This document shows positions 27,137 to 38,294 of a stretch of 64,000 nucleotides of DNA, one piece after another (the first letter of the stretch is position 1; each line of letters opens with the position of its first letter). The translations under genes were made by a program, and so were the position numbers. A model generated the notes under the pieces. The model was not told the origin of the DNA and searched no databases. It saw only the letters and a list, made by a program, of their open reading frames with translations. Source of the DNA: Candidatus Latescibacterota bacterium (GTDB taxonomy: Bacteria > Latescibacterota > UBA2968); assembly GCA_965198115.1 (NCBI GenBank), contig OZ240241.1, positions 608,001-672,000 of the forward strand, read 5' to 3'.

Positions 27137-27569
27137 TTGAAAAAGCGGGTCCAGGCCATGGCCCGGCCCTTGAAGAACCTCCCCGCAAGAACGTCAAGCA
27201 GGAGAAAACCACTGAGCCGACAAAACGGCTGAGTCCGGGAGAGCCGCAGCGGAGCGCAGGTCCGGTACACCAGCCACAGGTAGAGATCGAGGCCCCAGGG
27301 CGCAGCGTTTGAGCGCCGGCCGTGGTGTAGTTCAGTCGAGCAGAAGCAAGATCGCTCGAACCCGATCTTCGGTGCCGATCACCGTCATGTTCTAATACGC
27401 TGAACCTCAGTGATGTCCATCGACAAATCACTCCAGGAGATCTTACCGCGCGGCCAACGAAAATCGTTAAGACGCAGAGCCGCCGCCAGGCGTGTCACTT
27501 CACGCAGCTCGTCGGGGCGAGCGACGTGAACTTCGAGATGAGTGAAAAGTGGACCCATCCCCGGTGGCC

Positions 27570-27770
27570 GATATAATGAGCTTGTACGGGCCGTTGCGTC
27601 GGACATACCGAAACCGGTTGCCTGGGTTGGTGCGGGGCAGGGCACAGCGCCATCATCCGCGCCATGAAGCCCCTGTCGGGGTCCGCTTCGCTGGCGTTGA
27701 CAAGCTGGTTCACCTGATCGGCGCGGGTGAAGTGGCGTTTGTGTCGGAGGCGAGGGTATAAGCGCTCCTG
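27570..27770 (-). pseudogene. Plasmid-type RepA (RepA_C/IncW-like) N-terminal fragment
   Basis: RHFTRADQVNQLVNASEADPDRGFMARMMALC...PRTNPGNR...RRNGPYKL with frameshifts. Confidence 0.65.
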
Positions 27771-27928
27771 GCCGGAGTTGAACTACTCGACGGCTCCGGG
27801 CGTCTTGACCCTCGTTGAATCGACATCTACAGACTTGGGTTAGGTGCTTTGACGCGGGCCTGGGTGTCCCACTTCCATGTGTCCCACTTTTCCTCGCAGA
27901 AAAACACGCACGGCTGTCCAGTCTTCCA

Positions 27929-28250
27929 CTACCCCCGCGGGAAGGCATACCGCTCGAAGGTCAACATCCAGTCGCGGCCCTGCGCCCGACTTCGCCACCC
28001 GGCCCGCTTCTGCTCGACCACACGTCGAGCGGCTTCGGCGAACGTGGGTATACCAACGGAGCGCCGCTTCTCTGCCAGCGGGTCGCCGCCCGAGCGGGCG
28101 AGCTTGCGGTTGGCCAGCGCCTGCTCGCGGGCCTCGGCCAGCGAGACCAGGGCGACGCTCCCGAGCCCGAGCGCGTGATCGATTCGGAAGAAGCCATCCA
28201 ACTCCTTGCGGCCGCTCGCCATGACGTGCGGCTTGGCCAGTGCCCTGTGG
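27929..28250 (-). pseudogene. P4-like integrase arm-binding domain fragment
   Basis: LGLGSVALVSLAEAREQALANRKLARSGGDPL...PTFAEAA. Confidence 0.75.
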
Positions 28251-28462
28251 GATCGCGACATCGGCCAAATTTTTGATAAAAAGGGATGAGATTGTGACCG
28301 AAGGACAGATGACGGACGAGATCACGGCGGTGTTGAGCGAGGGCGGGCGCGAAGCGATCAAGACCGGCTGGACGCGGCGCGTCCCCAATGCTACCGTGGA
28401 CTTTTTGGGAGCTTTTGGGGTTGGCCATGATGGAGGCCTTCGCGAGCGATGAAGATCATCTT

Positions 28463-29513
28463 GGGGTGTGTCCAGAGATTTGTGTAACTGGTGACACGAT
28501 TACTTTAACGGGACACGATCTTCGAACATGATGGCGAACCGGTTGATGGCCCCATTCCAATCGTTCAGTGGCCGGGTCCATCGTTTGGAGATGTTTCGGA
28601 TCGCCAGATACAGGAGTTTGATGGCGGCCTGATCATTCGGGAACGCGCCTCTGTTCTTCGTGACTTTCCGGAGCGATGCGTTCATTGACTCGATGGCGTT
28701 CGTCGTGTAGATCACCTTCCGGATCTCTGGTGGGTAGGCGAAGAACGGGGTGATGTGCTCCCAGTGTTCACGCCAGGACCGACCGATCATCGAGTAGGTG
28801 TTGTCCCACTTCACAGAGAACTTCTCCAGTTGGTTCTCGGCCTTACGAAGTGTGGCGGACTGGTAGATCGCTTTGAGGTCTCGGGCGACTTCTTTGCGGT
28901 TCTTCCAGGAGACGTAGTTCAAGCTGTTCCGCACCATATGGACGATGCACAGTTGAACATCTGTCCTCGGGAAGACGGCTTCAATCGCTTCAGGGAAGCC
29001 GTTGAGCCCATCTACACAGGCCAGGAAGATATCGTTGACGCCACGGTTCTGGAGCTCGGTCAGGACCGACATCCAGAACTTCGCGCCTTCGTTCTGAGCC
29101 GTCCAAAGGCCTAAGAGCTCTTTGTTTCCTGATAGATTAACGCCCAACGCAAGGTAGACGGCCTTGTTCGTGACGCTTCCATCGTCTCGAATCTTGACGC
29201 GGATCGCGTCCAGATAGACGATCGGATAGATGGTGTCCAGAGGTCTGGACTGCCAGGCCTTGACCTCCTCGATGACATCATCAGTCACACTGGAGAGCAG
29301 CGAGGGAGAGACATCGACCCCGTAGAGCTCCTTCAGGTGCTCCTGAATCGCTCGAGTCGTCATCCCACGGGAATACAGCGAGATGATCGTGTCATCAAAC
29401 CTGTCGAACCGTCTCTGGCGCTTTCTGACGATCTGGGGCTCGAACTCACCATTGCGGTCCCGAGGCACTTCGATCGGGATCGCACCACGGTCGGTCTTCA
29501 GTGTCTTCGGAGT
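28463..29513 (-). mobile_element. IS256-family element, 5'-truncated
   Basis: PRDRNGEFEP, YLDAI, CVDGL, QLCIVH, YTTNAIES, end ggggtgtgtccagagatttgtgtaa. Confidence 0.9.
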
Positions 29514-30513
29514 CTTGCTCGCGGAGCGCCTGTCCGAGGTTCATCGCGGCGACTTCGTGGAGCCGACGAATATCACGTTCGAGGAGTTCAAGGACCGCTG
29601 GGTGTCTCAATACGCCGAAACCCAGGTTGTACCTAACACCCTTCAACGCTACCGCTCTCAGTTCAAGATTCACCTGCTTCCGGCGTTCGGGGACAAGAAT
29701 CTATCTCAGATTGGCGTGGAGGACATTCAGAGGTACAGGTCCGACAAGGAGAAGACTCTGGCGCCCGGCACTGTCAAACAACACCTCTCGCTCCTACGGC
29801 AGATGTTCGACCATGCCATCGACTGGGATTATCTCAGGAAGAATCCCGCCAAGAAGGTTCCCAATCCGAAGGTTCCGAAACGCGAGAAGGACTTTCTTGC
29901 TCCTGATGAGGTCCGTGCCCTTCTCGAGCACACGCCGGAGAGGTGGTATGCCTTCATTCTCGTGGCGGTGACGACAGGGCTTCGTGTCGGCGAGCTGCTG
30001 GCAATGAAGTGGTCCAACGTGGATTGGGATCAGAGCAAGTACTTCGTGCGCGAGAATCTACAGCGGAAGACAGAGACGCACCCCAAGGGTTTCTCGGCGC
30101 CGAAGTCAGACGACTCGGTTGCTCCTGTGGACCTCTCTCCTCGAGCCTGTGAGGCTCTCAGGGCCCACCGTGCAGCGCAGGCCGAGGAAAAGCTGGGAGC
30201 CGGCGCGGGTTACCGGGACCTGAATCTTATCTTCGCGACTGAGAAGGGCCAGCCCCTTGACCACTGGAAAGTCAAGAGAAGGGTATTCGAGCCAGCATTG
30301 AAAAACGCGGGGATTCGGAGAATCCGATTTCACGACTTGAGGCACACCTGTGCGTCCTTGCTGATAGCCCAGGGCGAGAGCCCCAAGTATATCCAGAAAC
30401 AGCTTCGACACGCCTCCATAGAAATGACCTTCGATACATACGGGCACCTTTTTCCCGAGGCGGCACAGGAAGCCGTTCAGAGATTGGATGGGGTGATTTT
30501 CGGCGGGAAGTGA
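29514..30513 (+). pseudogene. Tyrosine integrase, 5'-truncated
   Basis: TGLRVGELLA, RFHDLRHT, QLRHAS...TYGHL catalytic motifs. The N-terminus is lost at the junction with IS256. Confidence 0.85.
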
Positions 30514-30672
30514 ATAGGGAGTCCGTCTAACGAAATCTAATGAAAATCTAATGAGCGGGGCAGAATTAGACGAAAACAGCCCTAAATAGACTGAAAGATC
30601 ATTGGCTGTAAATCCCTGCGAGACAGAGCTTTTTAGAACTAAACCGAAGCAGACCAAAAGGCCGGTTGTCTC

Positions 30673-30717
<45 letters not shown>

Positions 30718-30727
30718 GCTTGTTCGG

Positions 30728-30763
30728 CGGGGTCAGATCGCAGATCTGGCCCCGTTTCTTTTT
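30728..30763 (+). terminator. Intrinsic terminator
   Basis: cggggtcagatc-gca-gatctggccccg followed by tttcttttt. Confidence 0.75.
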
Positions 30764-30902
30764 GCCAGAGCGCTATGTTCGGGGAGCCTTACAAAGAGCT
30801 TTACTTCAGAGGTTGCGTGATCCATACAAGCTTGACAATTCGGATTGCAGGGGACACATTTCTGCCCTTCGGCAACCCCAATCCCTCACTGTGGAGGTTA
30901 CA

Positions 30903-31340
30903 ATGGCTGGTATCGTTCCCCTCATCAGTTCCGGTGTGCAAGGGCCCCTGGGCGTGTTTCATCTGCCCCGATTCTGGCAGAAGGTCGTCCTGAAGGCGAC
31001 CGGGAACCTGCACGACGAATATCCTGAATGTGGCGCCGGATTCGATGCGATGGTGCTTGGCGCCCTCGGCCTCGATCAGGACGCGACACTGGCGTACTTG
31101 CACGAGAATGTGCCTTCCTACCCCGAGTTCGAAAAGTGGATCCTCGAGCAGAAGGGCGGGAGTGTGGACCAGGCTGCGATCGATGAGTTCAACGCCGCAG
31201 CTCAGGGCTACAACCACGACGACGACACCCGTAAAGCGATCCTCGAGGGAGCTGGTATCGAGGACGACGGGACGATCTTAGACGCCGTCCATCTGAATCA
31301 GCTGGAAGACTGGACCGAATTCCACGCGTCGCTGAAGTAG
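30903..31340 (+). CDS. DUF5069-like protein
   Basis: RBS ggagg, LGVFHLPRFWQK...FDAMVLGALGLD...WILEQ, upstream TTGACA at 30832. Confidence 0.65.
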   Translation: MAGIVPLISSGVQGPLGVFHLPRFWQKVVLKATGNLHDEYPECGAGFDAMVLGALGLDQDATLAYLHENVPSYPEFEKWILEQKGGSVDQAAIDEFNAAAQGYNHDDDTRKAILEGAGIEDDGTILDAVHLNQLEDWTEFHASLK

Positions 31341-31353
31341 CCGGAGAGTTCCA

Positions 31354-32241
31354 ATGGCGAATGACTTCACAATCGGTGTCGTCGGCGTCGGTAGAATGGG
31401 CAGCAACATCGCACGTCATCTGAAGGACGACGGATTCACTGTATCCGCCGTTTACGACACGGCGACCGATCTGGCCAAGGATCTGGCGGGCGAGCTGGGT
31501 TGTGCCCACGCCGAGACCCTGGCTGCGGTCACGTCCCAGGCCAACACGGTCATCACGGTCGTGACCAATGACGACTCGATGCGCGACATTTTTTCGTTGT
31601 CGGGCGACAGTTTACTCACCGATGCATCGGGCACGACCTTCATCAACTGCGCGACGGTCTCCCCGGCCATCCACGTCGAGGTGGAAGCCCTGTGCGAGAA
31701 GGCCGGGGGAAGCAGCCTCGAAGGGTGTATGGCCAGCAGCATCACTCAGGCGAGAGAAGGCACGCTCTACCTGATGTGCGGTGGTAAGCGGGACGTGTTC
31801 GACCGTGTCAAGCCGATCCTCGATTCGATGAGCACCGACCTTCGTTACATCGGGGAATCGGGCCGTGCTGCCCAGGTCAAGGCCCTCGTGAACATGGTCA
31901 TGAACATCAACACGGCGGGTCTGGCCGAAGGGCTCGGCCTCGGCCAGGCGCTCGGTCTTGATCTGAACACGCTGATGGAGGTCTTTTCACAGACGGGTGC
32001 CAATTCGCGTGTCCTCGAAACCGACGGTGAAGATATGGTTGCTCGCGATCACGAATGTTACTTCTCGTCGGCTCACGCGGCAAAGGACTCGGGAATCGCC
32101 CTCGATCTGGCTGAGGACGAAGGGTTGAATCTTCCGTTGGCGAAGGCCACCAAGGCCCAGTTCGACAAGATGATCGAAGTCGGAAAGGGCGAGCTCGACA
32201 AGTCGGGCGTCGCCGAGTTGACGTTCCCCGGTCGAAGTTGA
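31354..32241 (+). CDS. NAD(P)-dependent beta-hydroxyacid dehydrogenase (3-hydroxyisobutyrate dehydrogenase family)
   Basis: GVVGVGRMGSNIA Rossmann motif, KALVNM, KDSGIA. Confidence 0.88.
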   Translation: MANDFTIGVVGVGRMGSNIARHLKDDGFTVSAVYDTATDLAKDLAGELGCAHAETLAAVTSQANTVITVVTNDDSMRDIFSLSGDSLLTDASGTTFINCATVSPAIHVEVEALCEKAGGSSLEGCMASSITQAREGTLYLMCGGKRDVFDRVKPILDSMSTDLRYIGESGRAAQVKALVNMVMNINTAGLAEGLGLGQALGLDLNTLMEVFSQTGANSRVLETDGEDMVARDHECYFSSAHAAKDSGIALDLAEDEGLNLPLAKATKAQFDKMIEVGKGELDKSGVAELTFPGRS

Positions 32242-32259
32242 CGGGTTCGTCAGGGGGCT

Positions 32260-32649
32260 ATGGTGTTATCTCGCATTTACAGGAAGCTGGCGAATCGGCG
32301 TAAGGAAAGCGATCGGGTTCCACTCGCCCTGAAAGTCCAAACCACGGACTCGGGAGGCGAGGCGGTCGAGATGATGTCGGAAGACATCAGCGAGACGGGT
32401 ATCCGTCTCCACTTCCAGCAGTGGACGATTGCCGACTTTCTGGGCCAGGAGGAGATTCCGCTCGAAGTGTTTATGGAGCCGGAAGTGCCGCCTGTAAAGC
32501 TCCAGGCCCGGCTGGTGTGGGCGTTCAACGCAGGAAACGGAGGCTCCGTGAGCGGGTGGCAGTTCCTGGAGTTCAAGGGCCGCTCTCTCAGACGCTTTCG
32601 GAACTTTATCGGACGCAAAGAAGGTGGGGATATCGACGTTGAGGGGTGA
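32260..32649 (+). CDS. PilZ-domain protein
   Basis: RRKESDR (RxxxR) and DISETG (DxSxxG) motifs. Confidence 0.8.
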   Translation: MVLSRIYRKLANRRKESDRVPLALKVQTTDSGGEAVEMMSEDISETGIRLHFQQWTIADFLGQEEIPLEVFMEPEVPPVKLQARLVWAFNAGNGGSVSGWQFLEFKGRSLRRFRNFIGRKEGGDIDVEG

Positions 32650-33233
32650 TGGTCAGACGCCTGTATGATTGGGTGATGGGGTGGTCGGAAAGTCGCTTCG
32701 CGACGCCCGCCCTGTTCGCCATTGCTTTCGCCGAATCCTCGTTTTTCCCGATACCGCCCGATGTGTTGCTGATGGCACTCGCCATCTCGGCACCACATCG
32801 GGCGCTTTTTTATGCGGCCGTCTGCACCGCAGGATCCGTAACCGGCGGTTTGCTCGGTTACGCGATCGGCGTGTATGCTTACGAGCTGGTTGGTGAGCCG
32901 ATCATCGCTTTCTACGGAGCAGCGGACAAGTATGAATACGTGCGACTCCAATACCAGGCCAATGCGTTCACGTTTATTGCGATAGCGGGATTCACGCCGA
33001 TTCCATATAAAGTCTTTACGATTGCAGCTGGCGCGACACAAGTCCCGATACCCACACTGGTTGGTGCCTCCATTCTCAGTCGAGGTGCTCGTTTCTTCAT
33101 CGTATGCGGCCTGATTCGCCTATTTGGCCCGCAAATCAAAGCGTTGATCGACCGTTACTTCAACCTCCTCTCGATCGTGTTCGTCATCCTGTTGGTCGGC
33201 GGCTTCCTCATCGTCCGCTGGGTCTCCCATTGA
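32649..33233 (+). CDS. YqaA/DedA-family membrane protein
   Basis: FAESSFFPIPPD, GFTPIPYKVFTI, RGARFF. Confidence 0.9.
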   Translation: MVRRLYDWVMGWSESRFATPALFAIAFAESSFFPIPPDVLLMALAISAPHRALFYAAVCTAGSVTGGLLGYAIGVYAYELVGEPIIAFYGAADKYEYVRLQYQANAFTFIAIAGFTPIPYKVFTIAAGATQVPIPTLVGASILSRGARFFIVCGLIRLFGPQIKALIDRYFNLLSIVFVILLVGGFLIVRWVSH

Positions 33234-33522
33234 GAGTCAATACGAAGCTGCGAAAGTGCCGTCACACTGAGTGCGAGCCTGCCCCGAACGAAGGCAAGGG
33301 GAAGTATCGGGTATCTGACACGATTACACCGCTCATCCCGAAGGACCTCATCGTTCAAGCTATTAGAGCCTCAACTGTTAGATTTAGGAATTGCAGGTTG
33401 TATCGAGGGACGAGCGGCATTGTTGCCCGCTTTCCTGACGTCTGACAGCTGACGACTGGGCCTGCGAGCGCAGCGAGCAGGCCACTCACTCCTGGGCGCG
33501 GCTGATCAGAGACAGCCCAATC

Positions 33523-33551
33523 TTGTCAGGATTTCGCGTATCCTGTATATT
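33523..33551 (+). promoter_or_regulatory. Sigma70-type promoter of tRNA-Pro
   Basis: TTGTCA-17bp-TATATT followed by a GC-rich discriminator. Confidence 0.65.
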
Positions 33552-33569
33552 CAGCCGCGCAAAAGGTGA

Positions 33570-33646
33570 CGGGGCGTGGCTCAGCCCGGTAGAGCGCCTG
33601 CTTCGGGAGCAGGAGGCCGAAGGTTCAAATCCTTTCGCCCCGACCA
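33570..33646 (+). tRNA. tRNA-Pro(CGG), probable prophage integration site
   Basis: Full cloverleaf with cggggcg acceptor, cctgc-ttCGGga-gcagg anticodon arm, ggttcaaatcc and CCA end. Confidence 0.96.
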
Positions 33647-33650
33647 ATAA

Positions 33651-33690
33651 AAACAAAGGGTTACGTCATATAGACGTAACCCTTTGTTTA
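33651..33690. terminator. Bidirectional terminator-like hairpin
   Basis: aaacaaagggttacgtc-atata-gacgtaaccctttgttt. Confidence 0.75.
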
Positions 33691-33829
33691 TGGAGACTGC
33701 CATTTCAGTGCCAAATCAGAAGCGGAAAGGCCCGAGTTTCCAGATCTTGTTTCTTTACGAACGTGCTTTTGTAGTAGGCCTTGCGTGCGGAGTCACCGAC
33801 CAGGGCCAGGGTTCGAGTAGGCCGATCGG

Positions 33830-34555
33830 TCACCGGTGTATCTGGCTGTCCGCTTCTAAGTCTTCGCCATAGGACCTGATCGCTTCATTACCGATCTCTT
33901 CCCGGCGTAACTCGCGCCAGTTGCTCCAGCGATCAAATAGGAAGCGTGAGATCAACCCAACAAGACATCCCAAGGTTAAACCAAGCAGTGGTGCCGAGAA
34001 AGACGGGAAGTAGACAGATGCAGAACCAGAGACAAGCACCACTAACAGCTTGGGAATGTAGAATAGCCTGGGGGGAAGGTGGAGCGGCCCGAACCTATAC
34101 GGCATGAAAGCAAGCGCAAACCCTGAGATAGCCGCGATTACTAACAGGACCATGTCTGGATTCTGAGACATGTAGTCCGCCATCCGGACCTTGAATATTT
34201 TCTGGTAAAAAAAGAGGAGCAACGAGAGAGCGCCGAGAAATATCCCAGACCCGAGGTCCATTCGTGCCCACCAACACGTCTTCAGTTCACCGTCGCATAA
34301 TTCCCAGTCGATCTTGGTCTTCCATCCAAAGTAGATGACGATGAAGCACATTGCCCATGGTATGGCCTGCTTGCTGATCAGGCTGTCGACGAAGCCGGCG
34401 GCGAGCCCGCCGCCCTTCGCCAGCTTGTCTAGGTCGATCCCGATGAACGCCCATACGAGCAGGAATGCGCTCCACAGCACAAGCTGCCTACGCGATTTGT
34501 GGTAGGTGCCCGAGAGCTCTGGGCGAATCTGAGAAGCCTGCTGCTTGGTGCCCAT
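33830..34555 (-). CDS. Multi-pass membrane protein (prophage accessory)
   Basis: 241 aa with about 6 hydrophobic segments. Confidence 0.7.
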   Translation of the reverse strand: MGTKQQASQIRPELSGTYHKSRRQLVLWSAFLLVWAFIGIDLDKLAKGGGLAAGFVDSLISKQAIPWAMCFIVIYFGWKTKIDWELCDGELKTCWWARMDLGSGIFLGALSLLLFFYQKIFKVRMADYMSQNPDMVLLVIAAISGFALAFMPYRFGPLHLPPRLFYIPKLLVVLVSGSASVYFPSFSAPLLGLTLGCLVGLISRFLFDRWSNWRELRREEIGNEAIRSYGEDLEADSQIHR

Positions 34556-34633
34556 ACTCGAATTCCCTCGAGGTTGCCCCTTGCGGTGTTCCCCAGAAAT
34601 TGGACATCGTCCTCTGAATGGTCTGCGCCCCCT

Positions 34634-35905
34634 CTACTTCTCCTTGAGCTCGGCATTCTCTGATCGCAGCATCTCCACTTCCTTTGTCAACTTGTCCAGC
34701 TCAGCCATCAGCTTCGTTCTGTCGAACGCCTCCACCCGGGCGACCTTCCCGCGCTCGATTCGATCGAGCACCGACTCTTGGCTGAAATCCAGGAGGTCCA
34801 CGACCCAGTTATAGGACTGCGGCGTCAGGTGGCTGTAGATCTTCGTGACTTCGAGGTCCGAATGCCCGAGCAGCTCGCCGACGATGTAGAGCGAGACACC
34901 GCGCTGGACCAGGTTGCTCGCGAACGTGTGTCTCAACGAATGAACCGTCAACGACTTCGGCAGCCCGGCGTCCTTCACCCACCTCGCGAACCTCCGAGTG
35001 ACGGTGTCCTTCCACCAGGGTGAGGGCTTCGGCTTTCCGTATTTGTCGTGAGCTGGGAATATCAGATCGGACGCCTGGAGTGCCTTGCTCGCCTTCCTGT
35101 TATTGAAGCGAGCGACAAGCAGGTCCAGTAGAGGTTCGCTGATCGGAACCGCTCGAGGTCGCCCAGACTTCGTGCGGTGATTGTATTTCGATTTCCTGCC
35201 CGGGATCCGGATCGTCTGGCCATTCAGGTCGACGTCGGTCCATTCGCAGTAGATGCCCTCGTTTCTCCGCATTCCCGTGTAGAGGTAGAACATCGCCTGG
35301 TCGACGAGCTCCTGATCGGCCGGTGCCTTCTCGAGCAGTTTTACGAGCTGGGGGTCGTCGAAATACTCGACGTCCTCTGCTTCGGCTTCCTGGGGCCGCT
35401 CCACGTCGCTGAACGGGTTGGCCGAAGAATTACCCCAGGACACCGCTCGATTCCAGGCGGCGTGCAACGCACGGAAGTAGATCGCCAGCGTGTTCCTCGA
35501 TCGACCCTTCTTCTCGCCCTGCGGTTCGAGGATGAAGACCTTCCACTTCTCAACGTCCCGCTTCGAGATGTCGTCGATCACCGGATCTTTCTTCCCGAAG
35601 AACGTCTCCAGCGAGCGGAAAGCGGACCGCGCGCCTTCGGCCGTCTTCGGGGTCTCCGGAAAGGTGACCGCCATGAACTGCACGTACTTCTCGTGGAATT
35701 CAGAGAGTGGGATGCGCTCGACGTGAGGACCGTCGGTCTCGGGAGGGGAGATGCCGAACTTCGCGCGACGCATCCGCTGCTCGATCTCACCGGCGATGAA
35801 TCTCGCCTCCTCGAAGTCCGGCGTGCCGGTGGAGCGGCGGCCAGCGCCATACTCCCGCAGGTCGACGTAGTAGTTAGCCGACTTCTTGTCGCGAAAAAGC
35901 CTCAC
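34634..35905 (-). CDS. int: Prophage tyrosine integrase
   Basis: YTGMRRNE, HSLRHTFAS, LLGHS...TKIYSH. Confidence 0.93.
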   Translation of the reverse strand: MRLFRDKKSANYYVDLREYGAGRRSTGTPDFEEARFIAGEIEQRMRRAKFGISPPETDGPHVERIPLSEFHEKYVQFMAVTFPETPKTAEGARSAFRSLETFFGKKDPVIDDISKRDVEKWKVFILEPQGEKKGRSRNTLAIYFRALHAAWNRAVSWGNSSANPFSDVERPQEAEAEDVEYFDDPQLVKLLEKAPADQELVDQAMFYLYTGMRRNEGIYCEWTDVDLNGQTIRIPGRKSKYNHRTKSGRPRAVPISEPLLDLLVARFNNRKASKALQASDLIFPAHDKYGKPKPSPWWKDTVTRRFARWVKDAGLPKSLTVHSLRHTFASNLVQRGVSLYIVGELLGHSDLEVTKIYSHLTPQSYNWVVDLLDFSQESVLDRIERGKVARVEAFDRTKLMAELDKLTKEVEMLRSENAELKEK

Positions 35906-35913
35906 TTCAACAT

Positions 35914-36255
35914 CTATGGGAAGAAAGCGATCTTGATCAGCAACCCCACGATAATTGGGCCGTATCCGAACTTCAGCACCGCCAGATCGCGTTCGATCTT
36001 GACGAACCGTCCATCAATCCCGATGAATCGCTCATCGATCTTGGTGAATCGTTCGTCGACCTTGGTGAAGCGCTCATCGATGGCGGCTTTCAGTTCGGTT
36101 AGGTCCGCGTCGATGGCGGCTTTCAGTTCAGCCAGGTCCTCTTTCGTGGCCAGCCGCTCGGCCAGCGGGATAGCTCCCGCCGCAGCCTTCGCCTTCTCCT
36201 CGGACGCGCCGGCCTCGATCAGCGCATCGTAGACTTCCGAAACGATCAGGCTCAT
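35914..36255 (-). CDS. DUF1640/CCDC90-like coiled-coil protein with C-terminal TM
   Basis: YDALIEAGASEEKA, LATKEDL, heptad repeats IDERFTK. Confidence 0.7.
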   Translation of the reverse strand: MSLIVSEVYDALIEAGASEEKAKAAAGAIPLAERLATKEDLAELKAAIDADLTELKAAIDERFTKVDERFTKIDERFIGIDGRFVKIERDLAVLKFGYGPIIVGLLIKIAFFP

Positions 36256-36314
36256 CGCTTATCCCTTCGGTTACTCTTATATTCAGAGTCAGTTCAAAAC
36301 CTTGAAAGGTGAAC

Positions 36315-36836
36315 ATGGAATCAATTGATCCGACCGACCGTGACATTCAGGTGACGCCCAATGATCTCGAAAGCCAGTATCCATCGGTAGACCTGGCGTA
36401 CGAGCTGGGCGTCAGTTCATACGAAACGGCGTTGAAGCGGTGGGACGCGATGGAGGGCCGCATCACCACGCTGGTGTCAATCGCGGTCTCTCTGACGCTC
36501 GCCATTCCCGTGCTGTCAAAGGCGTTGAAGTTGGCGATAGAACCACCCTGGATCGTCCTCACGCTGCTGGTTTTTCTGGGAGCGATGGCAAGCTGCCTGT
36601 CCGGCCGTCTATACGGCACGATCAAGCTGGTTGACCCCGGCGTGCTCTATGAGAACTACCTGGACGACTCGCACTGGGAGTTCAAGAAGAACTTCATCTA
36701 CTGGGCGGGCGTCCACTTTCGCGCCAACGTGAAAGTCATCGAAACGAAATGGCGACTCTACGCGGTGGCTACTTTTCTCCTGTGCCTCGAGATGGTTTTG
36801 GTGATTCTCTGGGTCTCCCCGATCTGGTCTCGATAG
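36315..36836 (+). CDS. 3-TM membrane protein (prophage accessory)
   Basis: Hydrophobic helices, oriented opposite to neighbouring genes. Confidence 0.7.
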   Translation: MESIDPTDRDIQVTPNDLESQYPSVDLAYELGVSSYETALKRWDAMEGRITTLVSIAVSLTLAIPVLSKALKLAIEPPWIVLTLLVFLGAMASCLSGRLYGTIKLVDPGVLYENYLDDSHWEFKKNFIYWAGVHFRANVKVIETKWRLYAVATFLLCLEMVLVILWVSPIWSR

Positions 36837-36928
36837 CCGTATCAGGCTTGCGGGGAGAATAACCAGCAGAGTAGCTTGTGAAATGACAGACATTCCGGTA
36901 AATGATCGCAAGGTTGCTGGCATTAAAA

Positions 36929-37572
36929 TCACTCCCGAGATGATTTCGGCGGGCGTTCAGGCTTTGGCTGTTCGTGTTCCCTTCGATGTCGCATTCCCGA
37001 TTGGCGGGGAAGAATCCGTCGTTGAGGAGGTTCTCTCAGCAGCTCTTCGAGAGCGCCTTCACGTCGATTGAAACAATCCTGAAGGTGAACAAGTGCTTGG
37101 CAATGATCTGTAACATCCCTGATGACATCCCAGATCTCCAGCAGTTCATCCTCATGGATATCGCGGGGCAACCAATTAAGCGGTTTACGGGCTTGAGGCC
37201 GAAAGGTACGAGGCCTGTGTTCGAAGCGTGCAACGGTTTCAGTATCATCCCAATAGACCCACATGTCGTGGACATATCGATTGCGTCGGGGCCGCAGAAT
37301 ATCATTGATGTAATCCAGCACATCGGCAGCAGCTTCCGGCAATTCAGACTGTCTCGTTTTGCCACATACGCTAATTTGATGGCTGTGATTTGATCGCGCA
37401 TATCGAAACAATGAGCAATACCGAAACTACTATTATCCAGTGGCATTTCGCTAACAACCATAAAAAGACACCGAATGGCCGATTCGAGGTTTGCCCAGCT
37501 ATTACAGAGTGTTCCCACAGCGATCGCATACGGTATGAGTTCTGGATCAACCAAGTCTTCGGGATAATCCAT
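36929..37572 (-). pseudogene. Hypothetical (HEPN-like) protein, frameshifted near 37345
   Basis: AVGTLCNSWANLE N-half and RNRYVH (RxxxxH) C-half are in different frames. Confidence 0.5.
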
Positions 37573-37591
37573 AGCGAGACTCTTCTGCCTC

Positions 37592-37771
37592 TCAGTTCCC
37601 AGCTGCCGCGATCGCCTCGCGCAACCCCTCCAGCTTGGCCATCCCGTGCTCCACCGTGCAAAGACGCGTCTCAATCCCATCAATACGATCCCGCAGATCC
37701 TTGAACAGCTTCAGCGTCAGCGCCGCCAGCGCCGAGCCCACACTCAGGATACCGATCAACTCAGCGCTCAT
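37592..37771 (-). CDS. 59-aa protein with N-terminal TM and coiled coil (not in the ORF track)
   Basis: MSAELIGILSVGSALAALTLKLFKDLRDRIDGIETRL...KLEGLREAIAAAGN, G-rich RBS. Confidence 0.65.
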   Translation of the reverse strand: MSAELIGILSVGSALAALTLKLFKDLRDRIDGIETRLCTVEHGMAKLEGLREAIAAAGN

Positions 37772-37807
37772 ATTTCCCCCTATTTGGTCACGGTTTTAGA
37801 ACCGAGT

Positions 37808-38011
37808 TTACCCCCTTATCACCCTACCACTTCCCCCAGCCTTCGGGTCCTTGAGCTTCAGGACTCCAGGCGGATAGCTCGCAGATTGCGGTTTGTTCTC
37901 ATTGTCAAACCACCTGACGCTCAAGTGGCCCTTATCGTCGATATACGACACAGTCATGTCAGGTCCGCCTGACTTCAACGTAACAACGTCACCAACTTTG
38001 AATTCTGCCAT
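37808..38011 (-). CDS. YodC/DUF2158-family protein
   Basis: FKVGDVVTLKSGGPDMTV...WF. Confidence 0.85.
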   Translation of the reverse strand: MAEFKVGDVVTLKSGGPDMTVSYIDDKGHLSVRWFDNENKPQSASYPPGVLKLKDPKAGGSGRVIRG

Positions 38012-38294
38012 CTCGATTCTCCTTTCGCCCCCGCGGATATGCCAGGGCCTCCACCCCTATCTGCCGGTTTTTCAGGCAGATAATCGCCGGTCATCAATCG
38101 GAGGGTCTTCAATGTTGGCGGGAGGGGCCGTTGTAGGATCGGTCGGATTTCAACCTCTGAATCTCCTTCTGTAGTTCCTCAGACAAGACAGGGGTATGGG
38201 TCAGGGGGCCGAATTTGCGGTGTGAGGTCTTGGGATGATGGGACTGAGGTGGTCTGGTCTGGCAGGTGTCTTTTCCAACTGCGCCGCGTCAACC

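Noticed and set aside
33459-33483. ggcctgcgagcgcagcgagcaggcc as a REP or attC element
   Set aside because: Single copy in the window, with no integron integrase or cassette structure
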